In this document: in pieces, positions 25,715 to 38,157 of the stretch | How positions within the stretch are numbered: the first letter of the stretch is position 1 | Layout: each line of letters begins with the position of its first letter | Source of the DNA: Camelus ferus | Lineage: Eukaryota | Length of the DNA stretch: 64,000 nucleotides | Direction: 5' to 3' | Assembly: GCF_009834535.1 (NCBI RefSeq) | Contig: NC_045707.1 | Coordinates: forward strand, 47,742,001 to 47,806,000 | Position numbers and translations under genes: made by a program | The notes under the pieces: model-generated | Told to the model about the DNA's origin: nothing | Databases searched by the model: none | What the model saw: only the letters and a program-made list of their open reading frames with translations

Positions 25715-27419
25715 GTTTTTTACCTTATATGTTTGTTTAATGGTGTCATATGTCATGAAAAAATTTTAAATGTTTGTAGTTAAGTGCATCTTTCTTTTCT
25801 TTGTGATTTCTGGGTGTCCTACTTTGCTTTTAGGAAGATCTTTGTTCTCTAGATTATACAAATTGTTTTTTAAATTTTCGTCTTCTTTTATTGTTTACTT
25901 TTAAACTATTTTCTGGAGATTCAGCTTTGATTTTCTTCTGCCTTTCTCACTGTTGCAGGTAATCTCATTTACTCCCATGGCATTAACTCCTGATTATACA
26001 CTGATGTCTTCTAAATCTGTATTTTTATCTAATTCCGTAACTCTTATTATATGTCCAGAGCAAGACTCACATATTGAGCATCTCACATACACTGAATTGA
26101 ACTTATGATTGTACTCCCTGTCCTTGCCAGGCCTGAATTCCTTCCTCTCTAGGATGTACCACAATCACCAGTACCCTATCTCCAGAAAACCGGAAAGGAT
26201 CCTTCAGTCTGCCTTTTCACTTAAACATCCAACAAACCTTCATCTCCTATTACTTCTTTCATGTTAATTTCTCCTGAGTCTGTCCTCTTTTCCCTGTTCT
26301 CATTTCAGCTTCCTGGACTACTGCAACAGCCTTCCAACTGCTTTCCTTAAGTATTTCTCCCCATTCAATTTAACTTTAAAATTGTCTTTAGAATTATCTT
26401 TCTGAAATGCAAATCAGATTAGACTTATATCTAAATTCCTTCTATGAGTTTTCCCCACTAAGAATAGTCTAAATTTCTAGCCATGGCCTAAAAACCACTC
26501 ATAACAAATGCCTTAAAAACAAGTCCACATCTTAATGTATTTTGGTAAAGTGTTTAGTATCTATTAGTGGGATAAATGACTATATTAAAGAACAAATTTC
26601 TGGAAAAAGCTGTCAGATACAAGTATTCCATTAATATGAAAAGCTAGAATTAAGTTTATATGTCTCCTTTGTAATTTTAAGTAGTTTTCTATTGAATAAC
26701 AAATCATAAATGAAAACCAATATTATACTGGTACCATAAAAAAGAGGCTTAAAATTGAGAAATTAGAATAAAATCTTTTGAAAAACTACTTAGATGTGAA
26801 ATTATAATGCTGATTTTATATCTTGAAGGCTTTGATGCATCTTTCCAAATTGCTTTCAAACGATATTGCTCATGTTTAAAACGCCTCCAGCTGCAGGTTA
26901 AAATCTTTGAGCCCAAAGTATCATGTTATCTGCAACTAACTTTCAAAGGGTTCATCAAAAAAAAAAATATATATATATATCATATATATACCTATATACA
27001 CGTATATGTGTATACATAAACACACAGATGCATATATGCATATATGGAGAAAGAGAAAGCAAATTTGAAAAATGTTAACAATTAGTGAATATAGGTGAGG
27101 GGTGTATAAGTGTTCATTGCACTATACTTTTACATTTTCTGAAGTTTTGAAAATTATCAACAGAAAATATTAGGGAAAAGAGCTCCAACAGCAATGTTTG
27201 AAAGTGTGAATTTTAAAACAATCTTAACAACCCTCACATTAAAATAATTTTGAAAAAATCTTTGCTGATCCAACAGAAAAAGTTACATATGGTTTTAGTT
27301 TTTACTTCTTTAGTTACAAAGATGAATATTTTTCATGTTTATAAGAAACTTATTTCTCCTTTTATGAATGGTCTTTGTCCATGTTTCTATAGGAGGTTTA
27401 TTTCTTAAGAGACTTTTAT

Positions 27420-28498
27420 TTTTTTTCAAGTTAAAAGCTCACTTTTTATTGTATTTTTTGAATTGAAGTATAGTTGATTTACAATGTTGTGTTAGTTTCA
27501 GGTGTACAGCAAAGTGATTCAGTTATACACATACACATATATGTTTCTTTTCAGATTCTTTTCCTTTATAGGTTATGATGAGATATTGAATATAGTTCTT
27601 TGTGCTATACAGTAGGTCTTTGTTGTTTGTTTTATATATAGTCGTGTGCATATGTTAATTCCAATCTGCTAATTTATACCCCACAACCTTTCCTCTTTGG
27701 TAACCATACTTTGTTTTCTATCTCTGTGAGTCTATTTCTGGTTTGTAAATAAGTTCATTTGTATCATTTTTATTAGATTCCATACATAAGTGATATCATA
27801 TATTTGTCTTTCTTTGTCTTACTTCACTTCATATAGTAATCTCTAGGTCCATCCATGTTTCTGAAAAATGGCATTATAAATATACCACAGCTTCTTTATC
27901 CAATCATCTTTCAATGGACATTTAGGTTGCTTCCATGTCTTGGGTATTGTAAACAGTGTTGCTATGAACACTGGGGTGCATGTATCTTTTCAAGTTATAG
28001 TTTTATCCAGATATATGCCCAGAAGTGATATTGCTGATTGTGTGGTAAGTCCATTTTTAGTTTTTTAAGGAAACTCCATACTGTCCTCCATAGTGGCTGC
28101 ACCAATATATATTCCCACCAACAGTGTAGGAGGGTTCCTTTTTCTCCACACCCTCTCCAGCATTTATTATTTGTAGACTTTTTAATGATGGCCATTCTCA
28201 CTGGTGTGAGGTGATACCTCATTGTAGTTTTGATTTGCATGTCTCAAAAAAGACATGCAAGTGTGCCTGTTGGCCATTTGTATGTCTTTGGAGAAATGTG
28301 TATTTAGATCTTTTGCCTACTTTTGATTGGGTTGTTTGGTTTTTGTTTTTGTTTTTTTTTTTTTGATACTAAGCTGTATGAGCTGTTTGTGTATTTTGGA
28401 AATTAATTCCTTGTTGTTCTTATCATTTGCAAATATTTTCTCCTAGTCCATAGGTTGTTTTTTTGTTTTGTTTATGGTTTTCTTTGCTGTGCAAAATC
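27420..28498 (-). mobile_element. 5'-truncated L1 (laurasiatherian/cetartiodactyl type): ORF2 C-terminus plus 3'UTR
   Basis: ORF 27995..28240(-) [44 protein letters not shown] matches the ORF2p C-terminal Cys-rich region, with the last Cys changed to Tyr. The 3' end reads gaagtatagttgatttacaatgttgtgttagtttcaggtgtacagc. Probable TSD tcttaagagacttttat (27403-27419) / tcttaagagcctcttat (28499-28515). Confidence 0.93.
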
Positions 28499-28839
28499 TC
28501 TTAAGAGCCTCTTATATATCAGTATATTGATATTTTGTAGTATATAAACAGATTACTCTGAAATGTATGTTATTATATGAGAATTTCATATATTACAAAG
28601 AAAGTACCACAGCCAATGGAAAAGAGAAAAATGGGAAAAGTTGGCAAACTGCCCCTTACATAAAGAGAACTCTTGAAATCAATAAAAGCACTAATGTCAC
28701 AATAGAGAAAACATAAAAAAAACAACAACAGGAGGAAGAAAATTCAAGCCATGAAAGAAGAAATCCAAACACCTTAAAAGCATAAGACCAGATATTTAAA
28801 AACAGAGTGCAGGGCATTGATTGGTTGGTTTATGGCAGT

Positions 28840-29420
28840 TTACATGAGTGAGATTCAACCTCAGCGGATGATGGTCCATAAAACTGGCAATAATGCTTTT
28901 GGAAATGTTAATGTAATACTCAGCTCTCTGTTAGCAAGAGCACAAAAGGCAAGAGGGCAGATCATTCAGCCACACTTGGCACCGGCAGGCCCTTATTAGA
29001 GTAATGCAATCAACGTGGGGTTCCACCCTCTAAAATGCATGTGGAGAAACTAGAGAGGGTCTCCTAAGAGGCACCATCGAAATGATTACAGAGAAAGTCA
29101 AACTGATTGGGGAAGATTAAGGGGATTGTATTTATTTAGTCTAGAGAGGAAAAAGCTAAATAGTGAAATAGATAGTTATTTTCAATTGTATAAGTATGTG
29201 AAAAAAATGATTATCCTGAGGAAAGCTAGATTATTCTATCTGTATGATAGACAATAAGCTAAGAGGAATATGGTTAAATTGCACTGAGAGATTCTAATTA
29301 ACTTTAGGCCTTGCGAAACTTCAGGGCAGACTAACAAAGAAACAAAGGAACCCCTGCTTTTGTATATCTTTCTGAGCAATTTAGACAACTGCCCATCTTG
29401 TGGCTTAGCTATAGAATAGC
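28840..29420 (+). mobile_element. L3/CR1 LINE 3' fragment
   Basis: gagaaactagagagggtc...gaaatgatta...tttagtctagagaggaaaaagct...ctaagaggaatatggttaaattgca, typical of CR1/L3. Confidence 0.65.
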
Positions 29421-29820
29421 AGGTGGCTGGGTCCTTGATTAGAATTATAGGTTTATAGAATCTTAGAACTGAAAAGTAGCTTCAGTAGATTAAAGTTTCT
29501 CATTTACATGTTTTGTAGATTTCTGTTGCCACCCATCCACCAAGAGCATATACAAAGGAAAGTATAGGATATGGAGCCTTGAAAGTTAGAGTGTTATCGT
29601 GGTTGAGTGACTGAAGCTTTTTAAAGTGTCTGCTCAGATAATGTGAAGAGATCTTAGTTATCTGGTAGGAAAAAGCAAACTGTGGATTAGGGCAGGGTAG
29701 TACTGTGATTCTTAAGTTTTTTCTAGGTTACAGATAAAAACTAGTCTTTTATCCCAAGAAAAACGCATAGAGTTACATATACCCACCTCTGATGCCTAGA
29801 TCACCAAATGTGGCCAAGAT

Positions 29821-30385
29821 GGAGGTAGTGTGATATAGTGGTTAAGAGCACAACAATTTAACTTCTTATATCTATATTGAAATCTTACCTTGTCCACTTA
29901 TAAGCCTTACAATCTTAAGAATGTTACTTAAGCCACTTTGGTTTTGAATATTCTTATGGTGGTAGTAGAAATTTTGGAGCAAGACCAGGAAGTAACTTTA
30001 GAGGAGGAACCAATGGATATGGAAGAGATGGTAAATTTGGGGATGGCTCTCATAGGTATGAAGGAGGACCTGGAGGTGGCAATTTTGGAAGTAGTCCTGG
30101 TTATGGAGGCTATTAGCCAGACTCATGGTGTAATAAGACACAAGGCTTTTCCTTTAAAAAAATTTAGTGGATATATAAAGTTAAGAAGCTGTTGTGCATT
30201 TTTATGGTTTATTAAAATAATTCTAAAGGAAAAAAAAGAATGTTGCTTAATTTCTCCATGAATGTTTCCTTATTTCTAAAATGGGAATGACTTACCTTCT
30301 GGAATTTTTTGGTAAACATCAATTAAATAACAAAAGTAAATTTTAAAATATTTTTTACATAAATGGCCTGACACATAGTAGTTGC
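29821..30385 (+). mobile_element. MIR SINE split by the HNRNPA2B1 retrocopy
   Basis: atagtggttaagagcac...aatgttacttaa [insert] tttctccatgaatgtttccttatttctaaaatggg...gcctgacacatagtag rejoins to a MIR core once the insert and one TSD copy are removed. Confidence 0.75.
29932..30235 (+). pseudogene. HNRNPA2B1: HNRNPA2B1 processed pseudogene fragment: 5'-truncated Gly-rich coding piece fused to the end of the 3'UTR
   Basis: Frame from 29934 reads [59 protein letters not shown], versus remembered hnRNP A2/B1 [59 protein letters not shown], with no introns. 3'UTR-like sequence follows (gttaagaagctgttgtgcatt...), then ATTAAA at 30211, an A-tract at 30230-30237, and TSD aagaatgttacttaa (29917-29931) / aagaatgttgcttaa (30236-30250). 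Confidence 0.92.
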
Positions 30386-31157
30386 TATAGAAAAATGATT
30401 TTCCAATTTCAAGTCATGATCCACTGTAAAAAATTGGTAGTAAAATTTATTCAGTAGGTAATGATTGATGTTTAAAAATGAAAAACAATAAGATATATTC
30501 ATTGTACTTAGTAATCATTAATATTAATTTTGATCATTTTTCTGTTATATATATGTTTATGTGTGTAAGATTGTTGTGGAGCACTTGTATACTGGTAGTG
30601 GTAGGTATATGATATTTCCTACTGTAGGTCATGGTCAAAAAGCTTGTAGTCATTATAGGTTACTAGTTTTGTTGTTTTAAATTTTATCTCTTTGTTTTAT
30701 TTTTCTGGTGTTTTCTATAGGTCTTTACCACTATCTGTTTTGAAATAGCATGACATACATCACCTCATATAAGACAAAAACCCTACAACAATATGCTTCC
30801 ATTCACCCTCTCCAGACTTGTGTGCCATGATCCTTATACATTTTACTTCTACACATTACTAATGCTACAACGTATTACCATCATTTTTACTTTAAATAGG
30901 TCAACTTTCCACCAAGTAAACTGAGAAAGAAGTAAAAGACATTTCACATTTCTCTGGTGTGCTTTAGTGTTTTCCATAGATCAATATTTCCTGTCTTCCA
31001 CTGTCCTTCCTCAACCTAAAGAACCTATTTTGGCATCCTCTGTAATGTGAATCTGCTAGTAATAACCTCTCTCAGCCTTGACAATCTGGAAACATCATCT
31101 CATTCCCACAATTAAAGGACATCTTTGCTGGTTATAAAACTCCAGACTGACAATCCC

Positions 31158-31281
31158 CTGTTATTGCCCTCCCCAGAATGCATTCTTCCCCTTTTTCTAC
31201 CACAGTGAACTCCACCACCGAAACCCACCTCATGTGTCATATCATTTCCAAAATCTTTTAAGCTTTTTCTGCAAAGGATCA
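31158..31281 (+). repeat. 124-bp dispersed direct duplicate of 33543-33666 (acceptor copy)
   Basis: 122/124 identical to 33543-33666 by direct comparison; both differences are transitions. Confidence 0.95.
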
Positions 31282-31725
31282 TTGCCATTTGGCTTACTTT
31301 GCTTTTGATTAGAAACAAATATTCCTATCACTGTTTCTCTGTATGCAATGTCTCCTCTTAACTCATTGCATATACGATTTTCTCTTTATCCTTGGTTTTC
31401 AGTAATTAGACCATGATATGCCCAAGTGTTGTTTGGCTTATGTTCTTTCTGCTTGAGATTCACTAAGTTTCTTGGATTCTGGGGTGAATATTTCCAATCA
31501 AATCTGAAAGTTGTTCAGTCATTAGTTCTTAAAATATTTTCTCTTTCTCCTCTCCTGAGACTCCAGTTGCTTGTCTATTAGACCGTTTGATTTGATCCCC
31601 TAGGTCACTGATGCACTCTGTTCTTTTTTCCTTTCAGTAATATTTTTTCCTCTGAGATTCAGACTGGAAATCTCCACTGACCTGTCTTTAATTCCACTGA
31701 TTTTTTCTGAAGTGTACAAATCTTT

Positions 31726-32205
31726 TGTGTTAGTTAAGATCCTCTGAGAAGCAAATATAAAGATGGGACTAGATTTCCAAAAGATATGCTAGGAACATGT
31801 CTATGAAGAATAAAAGATGAGGGAGCAGAACAAGGTGGAGAGAACTTTCAGACTGTAATTAAAGTTTCATGTCAAAAAAAAAAAGTTTCATATCTGTGAA
31901 GGAGATGAAAAGAAGAAGGAAAAAGGAATTGTATAGGAAATTTAGAACTTCACACAGAAGTAAAAAGTTTTGTCAGGCTGATTGGAATTTCTCAATCCAA
32001 AGTCACCCGTTGGAGAAGTCCAAAAACTCATAGGAACTGGCTTGCATTAATACCCTTGTCATGCTCAGCCACTGGCTGGGAGCAGCCTATAGGAGACTTG
32101 GCTTTGGTGTGAATGCCACAATAGATCTGGAGAAACAGTAGCTGGGCTATTGGTTTTACTCCATACAGCAGGAGACGTGAACAGTGCACATTTATGATTA
32201 ACCTA
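31726..32205 (-). mobile_element. LTR16-like (ERVL) solo LTR nested in old L1
   Basis: gatcctctgagaagca...gatgggactagat...gagggagcag...ttcagac; cactggctgggagcagcc. Confidence 0.7.
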
Positions 32206-33542
32206 CTGCTGTTAAGCCCATTTATTTATTTTTTTAAATTTTAAAAATTGTGGGTTTAGTCCTATAATTCTCCATTTGATTCTTTTTCAGTGTTTCTATT
32301 TCTTTCCTTAAAAACTCTATCTCTTCATCCACTACACTTATCTTTTCTCCTACATTCTTTAATATATTTATACTAGTTGTTTAAAAATCATTGTCTACTA
32401 ATTGCAACAGTTAGAGTATCTGTTGGTCTGACTCTATAGGCTGTTTTTCCCTTGAATAAGATCACATTTTTCTGTGTCTTTGCATGTCTCATAATTTCTT
32501 ATTGTTTTCTGGATATTGTGTATAAAAGGATAGTGGAGACTGAAATACATTATTTGTGTTACTTTGTTTTGTGTATTATTCAGAGAGTGTAAGTTCCTTC
32601 TGTATTTTGATTAGAATAATTGAGACCTCTCCTACAAGAGTATTGATCTGGTGCTGGAGCACAGCTTTAATTACATTGAATTTACCTGTTATTAATCACA
32701 CTCCTAACTTACTTCACAGACTTTTTGACTTTGTCAGTATTTGGGCTGGCATGAAGTTAGTCTGTAGTTTTACCTTTGAATTAAAATCTGGAGGATTTTG
32801 AGCATCATGAGAATGTCAAAGACTACATAATTATTATTTTTTTTCCTCCATCCTCCTTTTCACTATAATATGGAGGTTATGGCAAGGAGAACGCTGTCAT
32901 GCTGAACAATTAGTTTTTCATCTAGGCCTCTATCAGACTCTAGTCTTCCCTGCTATGCTTCTTTGTTGAATAATATTTGTCTTATTTCTTTTTCACTCAA
33001 AACGTCCCAAGCTACAACAGGCTGGCTGCTTCTACACTTACCAGGTGCTGAATTCCAAGTGTGGGAACTTAACATACTCTCTGTTCAATTGTTTGTCCCT
33101 GAAATTCAATTTATCAGGGCTTCCTTGCACTGCCACTCTTTGCAACTCTCACAGGAAAGCATGATTTTTATTTTGTCTAGATATTTTTTATTATTACCGT
33201 AAGTGTGAAGGCCTTTTATGTCTTTGTATATCTTACCTGTAAATAGAACTCTATTATAATTTATTGATAAGTGTTGGATGAAGACTTACAGCTCACTTAT
33301 CTATAGTTGAGCTTGAAGCTATTTAGTGTTGATATAATGTTATTAAAATTTGGTACCCAGACAGAATGAAGGGTCCAAGGTCAATAGGTTTGCCTGTTTC
33401 AAAATATCTTTTGATATGATTCTTCCTGTTGCTCAGTCCAACTAGTAACTGGTGATCTGAGGTGACCACGTGAGGTGATCCCCTGTGTGTTTCCTCAATG
33501 CTGTCTGAGTAACCTTTAAACTTTCATATATTTTTTGCTTGG

Positions 33543-33666
33543 CTGTTATTGCCCTCCCCAGAATGCATTCTTCCCCTTTTTCTACCACAGTGAACTCCAC
33601 CACTGAAACCCACCTCATGTGTCATATCATTTCCAAAATCTTTTAAGCTTTTTCTACAAAGGATCA
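33543..33666 (+). repeat. 124-bp dispersed direct duplicate (probable donor copy)
   Basis: Same sequence as 31158-31281; here it continues into the MER58-like element. Confidence 0.95.
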
Positions 33667-33886
33667 GAAAATATTTTAGATTTTGTGGGCCAGTCTCTGT
33701 CATTACTATTTAACTCGGCTAGTGTAGCAAAAAATCTGTGGGTTACAAGGCGTTCTTGGTCATTCTTGCTTTCTTGCAGGTTTCAGGGTCACTACACTAC
33801 AGATAAGATATGAATGAATGAGCATGGCTATGTTCCCATAAAATTTATTTGCCAAAATAGCCAGATTATAGTTTGCTGACACTTCT
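33646..33886. mobile_element. MER58-like hAT MITE
   Basis: ctttttctacaaaggatcagaaaatattttagattttgtgggcca...gcatggctatgttcccataaaatttattt...tagtttgctgacac. Confidence 0.8.
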
Positions 33887-34109
33887 AAAGAATTAGTAGA
33901 CCTACATAATTATGCTTGTCGAATTGTAAGATTGTTTGATTACCCATTTGAGCTATTTTGAACACAGTTACTCTGTGATGTACTCTGTTCCTAGCATATA
34001 TTTTGGACACACAATAATTCTTTGCAGAATAAATGAAAGAAAGGAAGAAAATATGAGATGACCATGGAAATGGAGAGACAGAAGCAAGTGAGAAAAGAGC
34101 CGTATTGAC

Positions 34110-34530
34110 AAACAGTGCTAGTCACTGTAACAGATAAACCCCCAACCTCAGTTCTCAGTTTCTTAACACAGCAAAGATTTATTTCTTGATTATACATCAT
34201 TGTTCAGTGTGGAATGGCAGGGTTAGGTGGAGTAGACTGTTCTGCATAGTCATTCAGGGGCCCAAGTCCTTCCATCTAAAGGCTCCACCACCTACCCTAG
34301 TCCTCAGAGTCCTCTCCATTCAGCTAGAATAAGAAAGCAAAAGTCATGAGTAGAAGGTTCGCTTGGGCCGGGACTAGAAATGGCACCCATCACTTTTGCC
34401 TGAGTTCTCTCATCAAGATCTCAGTCATAGATACCACCCTATGGCACACACAAAAAAAGAGGCTGAAAAATATATTCACAAACTCTGCGCTAGAAAGAAG
34501 AGGGGGTTATGGCTATTGATAAGCACTAGC
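34110..34530 (-). mobile_element. Old MaLR LTR (MLT1I/J/K-like)
   Basis: ctgtaacagataaacccccaacctcag...ttaacacagcaaagatttatttcttg; gtcattcaggggcccaag. Confidence 0.65.
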
Positions 34531-36174
34531 AATCTAGTTTGGGTTACATTAAAAGAAGGCAGTGAGGGGATAAAGCAATTTAGATGAGGAAACAATCAAG
34601 ATGACACTTCCCAGAGGGAGAAAGCAGCCTTTCCAACGATGGCATGCAGGTTAATTTCCTCAGTAGAAACTTGCAGCCCTGTAAGTGCTGTCATTTGCAA
34701 ATATATAAACCATCTTAGATAAATATAATTGTGTGCCAGTGTGGGGAAAAAAACCCCACAAAACTGTGATTGGCCACACTCCAAGGTACACTAAAACAAT
34801 GCGGCAGATGTGTGGGAATGTACCTGCCCTCAGTCTCGGTGAGCTTACAGGCTTTAAATATGGTTATTTTGAAGCCCAAGGTACAATTATCAATCTCTGA
34901 AAACAATTTATCCTAATTTAATCTTAATTACATTGAGTCTCTTTCAGTAGCTACAATTATGTCCTTTAGAATAATCCCGCTGGACATTTCTCAGTTATTG
35001 AGAGTGTTTTGTCAGAATTGATGAGAAATAGTAATAGGGATGGGAAGGGAGAGGTCTTGTATATAGGAAAGCACTTTATAAAGCATGAAAGAAAGATATT
35101 GATCATGCAGTAGTGTGTGGTTATTGTAAGATTATTATTATTATCATTATTTTAGTTTATTTATTGCGGTTGAATTTGCTTATGGAATTGAAATACCAGT
35201 AATTGTACTTGCCTAAGGGAGATTAATCCATGAGAACTTTTCTTCATGAAGGGATTACAGGGAAGCTGTTTTTCTGGTGATATGAAAAAGGATTGTGGAT
35301 CCCTTCCAAATTTTACTTCCTTTAAAAATCTGGTTTCAAAGTGGGCTTTCCAGGTGAGTAGATAATTTGGTGATGCTGTGATTTAGCATTAGTTTCTGGG
35401 CCTGAATTTCTGTTGTCCTCGTAGTGGTTTGTGGCACAAATAAAAAATATCTGGAATTATATTCAGGCTCTTGAGCTGAAACAGCTTGAAGAAAGCCTCC
35501 AAGAGGATTGTCCTTTGATTTACAAAACGATGAGGCATCTCCATTGCAGCCTCAGTTCCTTAAATAGGTACTCCAGTCTGCCCATGACAGCTCACGAAGT
35601 ATCTAGGACTGGTCTCCCTTAGTCTCCAGCAAGGTCGCCAGCATTTTACAGTTGCTGTCATGACTGTGGCTCCCTTGGCAGGATGTATGATCCTTCTCTC
35701 TGCCATAGAGCATGCATGGATATATATTTAGCTCAGTAACCATGTTTAGAAGTTGGGCAGAATGAGTTGTCATGACTTTGTTTCAGTCCTGTCTTTTCTC
35801 TTAGTATGTGAGTTATCTTGGTTGACAGTGAAGAATGAATAGAGTGCAACTGTAGTGGGAGTGAATAAAGGCTATACATTTGTTTTCATGATTGGTAAAT
35901 TCTCATTTTATATATGTAAGGAATTGGCATGTGTGTAAGAATGTAAAATTTACTGTTACAAGAAATTAAAATGACTATTTTTGTGTACTGTCCACTAATG
36001 ATTATGCTAACCAAAGAAAGGAAAGGACATCATTAAATAACTGGTTGATATCTGATTTCCCTTGTCATGGATTTCTACTTTCCAAAGGAAAGGATTCTAA
36101 GGGAAGTGTGAGCTGTATTCACTGGGCACTTGGAAATGCAGTAAGTTCCCAGTAGATGATAGTCATTCGTAATA

Positions 36175-36400
36175 ATTGTAGTTAACATTGATTGAGGGCT
36201 CACCATGTGCCAAGAACTGTTTTAACAATTCTGTGACCTAGTAACTCTATAACGTAGGCAGTATGATACCCATTTTGTACATGAGGAAACTGAGCCACAG
36301 AGAATTGATAGATCTTGTCTAGGTTCACAGAGGAAGCTCAGAGCCAGAATTTAATCCCAGCCAGCCTGACTCCAGGGCCTCACCTGGTAACCTCTCCTAC
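36175..36400 (-). mobile_element. MIR SINE
   Basis: attgagggctcaccatgtgcca...cccattttgtacatgaggaaactgag...cagagccagaattt. Confidence 0.8.
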
Positions 36401-37099
36401 ATTTTGTTATTCACCAATTTAGCATATGGGTCTGCTTTCCTATGTCCGTTTTCTTTTTTTCTGGGTTTTCAGGGTATAGTTCTAAGAGAAAGGGGGAACC
36501 ATCCTTTCTTAGATGATGCCCAGAGCTTTTCCACTCCTGTTCAGACAGCAACCATAGCTCCAGGTGGAAAGGGAACCTACTCACTGAGGAGGTTCTGATG
36601 TCTGCAGTCAGGGTATGTGGAGGAGGTAAGAAGGCTGCAGGCCCGTGGACAAAGGGGAAAGGAAGGGCATTCTCTCCTCTCCAAATGCCTCACGGGGCTC
36701 CAGTGCAAATTAGTTGGAATAGCTATCTTGGAGCAGGTTGATGAAACTTTTTTACTAAGAGTAGTTAAACCACAAATAACCTCCCCCACATCCCCAGCCA
36801 CACTCATTCATGCATACACATACACAGAGTACACATGTGAATTTTTACATTTCAAGCACTAATCAGTTGAGATCTGCTGGCATTGTGGCTGCTTTGAGCA
36901 GATGAATGAAAATCATTACAACTTAAGTATTTAATAGTGTAGGACTGTCTAACAGAACATTTTTCAGCTTTGGCTCCAGACCACCTTATAAAAAATTTTA
37001 GAATCATACTCATGCAAGCGTAAACTATATGATGTTGGTTATTCGAGTGAAAAAAGATTGATTTTAGGAAGTGTGCTAGAGAATGTTCATAGTGATGAA

Positions 37100-37530
37100 A
37101 GCAGTCTCTTCCTGTAGTAAAGATTGGAAGGCCATGTACTTATTCCGATCTTCTTGCCATGGCTAATCAAATTTTCTTTAAATATTTTAAAGAAACTGAT
37201 TAATATTTTTTCCTAGTGATCTTGACTTGGTAACAGATGGTTGCCTTTTGAAGACACATTTCATTTTTTTAGCAGTAAGAAATGATCAGGAGCTGAGTCT
37301 GTAGAAAAATATGGGTGATTTAAAAAAGGTGATAAGGCTTTTCATGAAACACAGGGTGTGGCTATAATACTAAGAAGAAATTTAATTGTGTAAATTTATT
37401 CCTGTGAAGGCAATTTCCATCAAAGCAAATACTACAATAACAAAAATTGCATAGATGTGTGACAAGATTGAATTTGTGGTCTCTTGATCTAACAGGTGGC
37501 TACTTGTTCTAACGATAATTTTTTCCATGT
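37100..37530. mobile_element. Ancient mariner-derived element (MARNA-like), very degenerate
   Basis: ggaaggccatgtacttattcc..cttgccatggct at one end and aggtggctacttg at the other resemble the remembered MARNA long inverted ends. Confidence 0.45.
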
Positions 37531-38157
37531 TTTAATTCTCTTAAGCATATTTTTAAGACTCAAGTTTCAAATTTTATGGTCACATGATGTATATAACTAA
37601 GCAATAGTTCTTTATATTCAAATTTAAGAATAGGAAAAGTTATGTTCTAACATTGTCTGATAAGAAGAAAAGTCAAATTAGGTCAGCATTTCTGGTTTGA
37701 GATAATTTTACAATAAAACTATGTCCTTTTGTGTATCTTACTATAATCCTTTAAGGAGTATTCAGATGAGGTAAGAGTAATGCAAAGTTACTTGGAGCAG
37801 AAAGTAATTTATGGAGTTCTCTTGGTAGCTTGATATATGAGTAGCAAGTCCTTTTTCATATTGCACAGGGGGGAAAATGAGCATACTTTAACTTTTCTAA
37901 TAAACTTTGTTTTTATTATTGCTACTAGATTTAAAATTTCAAAGAGATATCCTATAGTTTTGTATTCTAATTCTAACTGAAAAATTCGTACTTTGTGCTT
38001 GTTATTCCTGAGTTCAGTTTTGGAAAATGGTGATTGCTCCCTAATGACATGGCAGAGAGGAAAGCTCTGGGCTAGAAGTTGACAAAGGAGGGCAGAGTTC
38101 CTTTCTATATGTTTGTTATTGCTGGACTTTTGAAATAAAAACCTTTTTTTTTTCTGG

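Larger units (their letters stand above)
24150..25910 (-). mobile_element. Degraded L1ME hosting the MER34-like LTR and the short L1 insertion
   Basis: aatttttgccagcttgatgggtgagaaatggaatcttatcg...ttagcatttccc. Confidence 0.65.
30720..33250 (-). mobile_element. Old L1M (L1MC/ME-like) fragment interrupted by an LTR16-like LTR and a 124-bp templated insertion
   Basis: Typical antisense L1 text: atctgctagtaataacctctctcagc, aaggacatctttgctggttataaaac, ttctctttatccttggttttcag, gactccagttgc...tattagacc. Confidence 0.75.

Noticed and set aside
27995..28240. 81-aa minus-strand ORF as a functional CDS
   Set aside because: It is a decayed L1 ORF2 C-terminus in a 5'-truncated element.
29938..30261. 107-aa ORF in the track ([18 protein letters not shown]...)
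   Set aside because: It is an off-frame reading of the HNRNPA2B1 retrocopy with a TTG start, not an independent gene.
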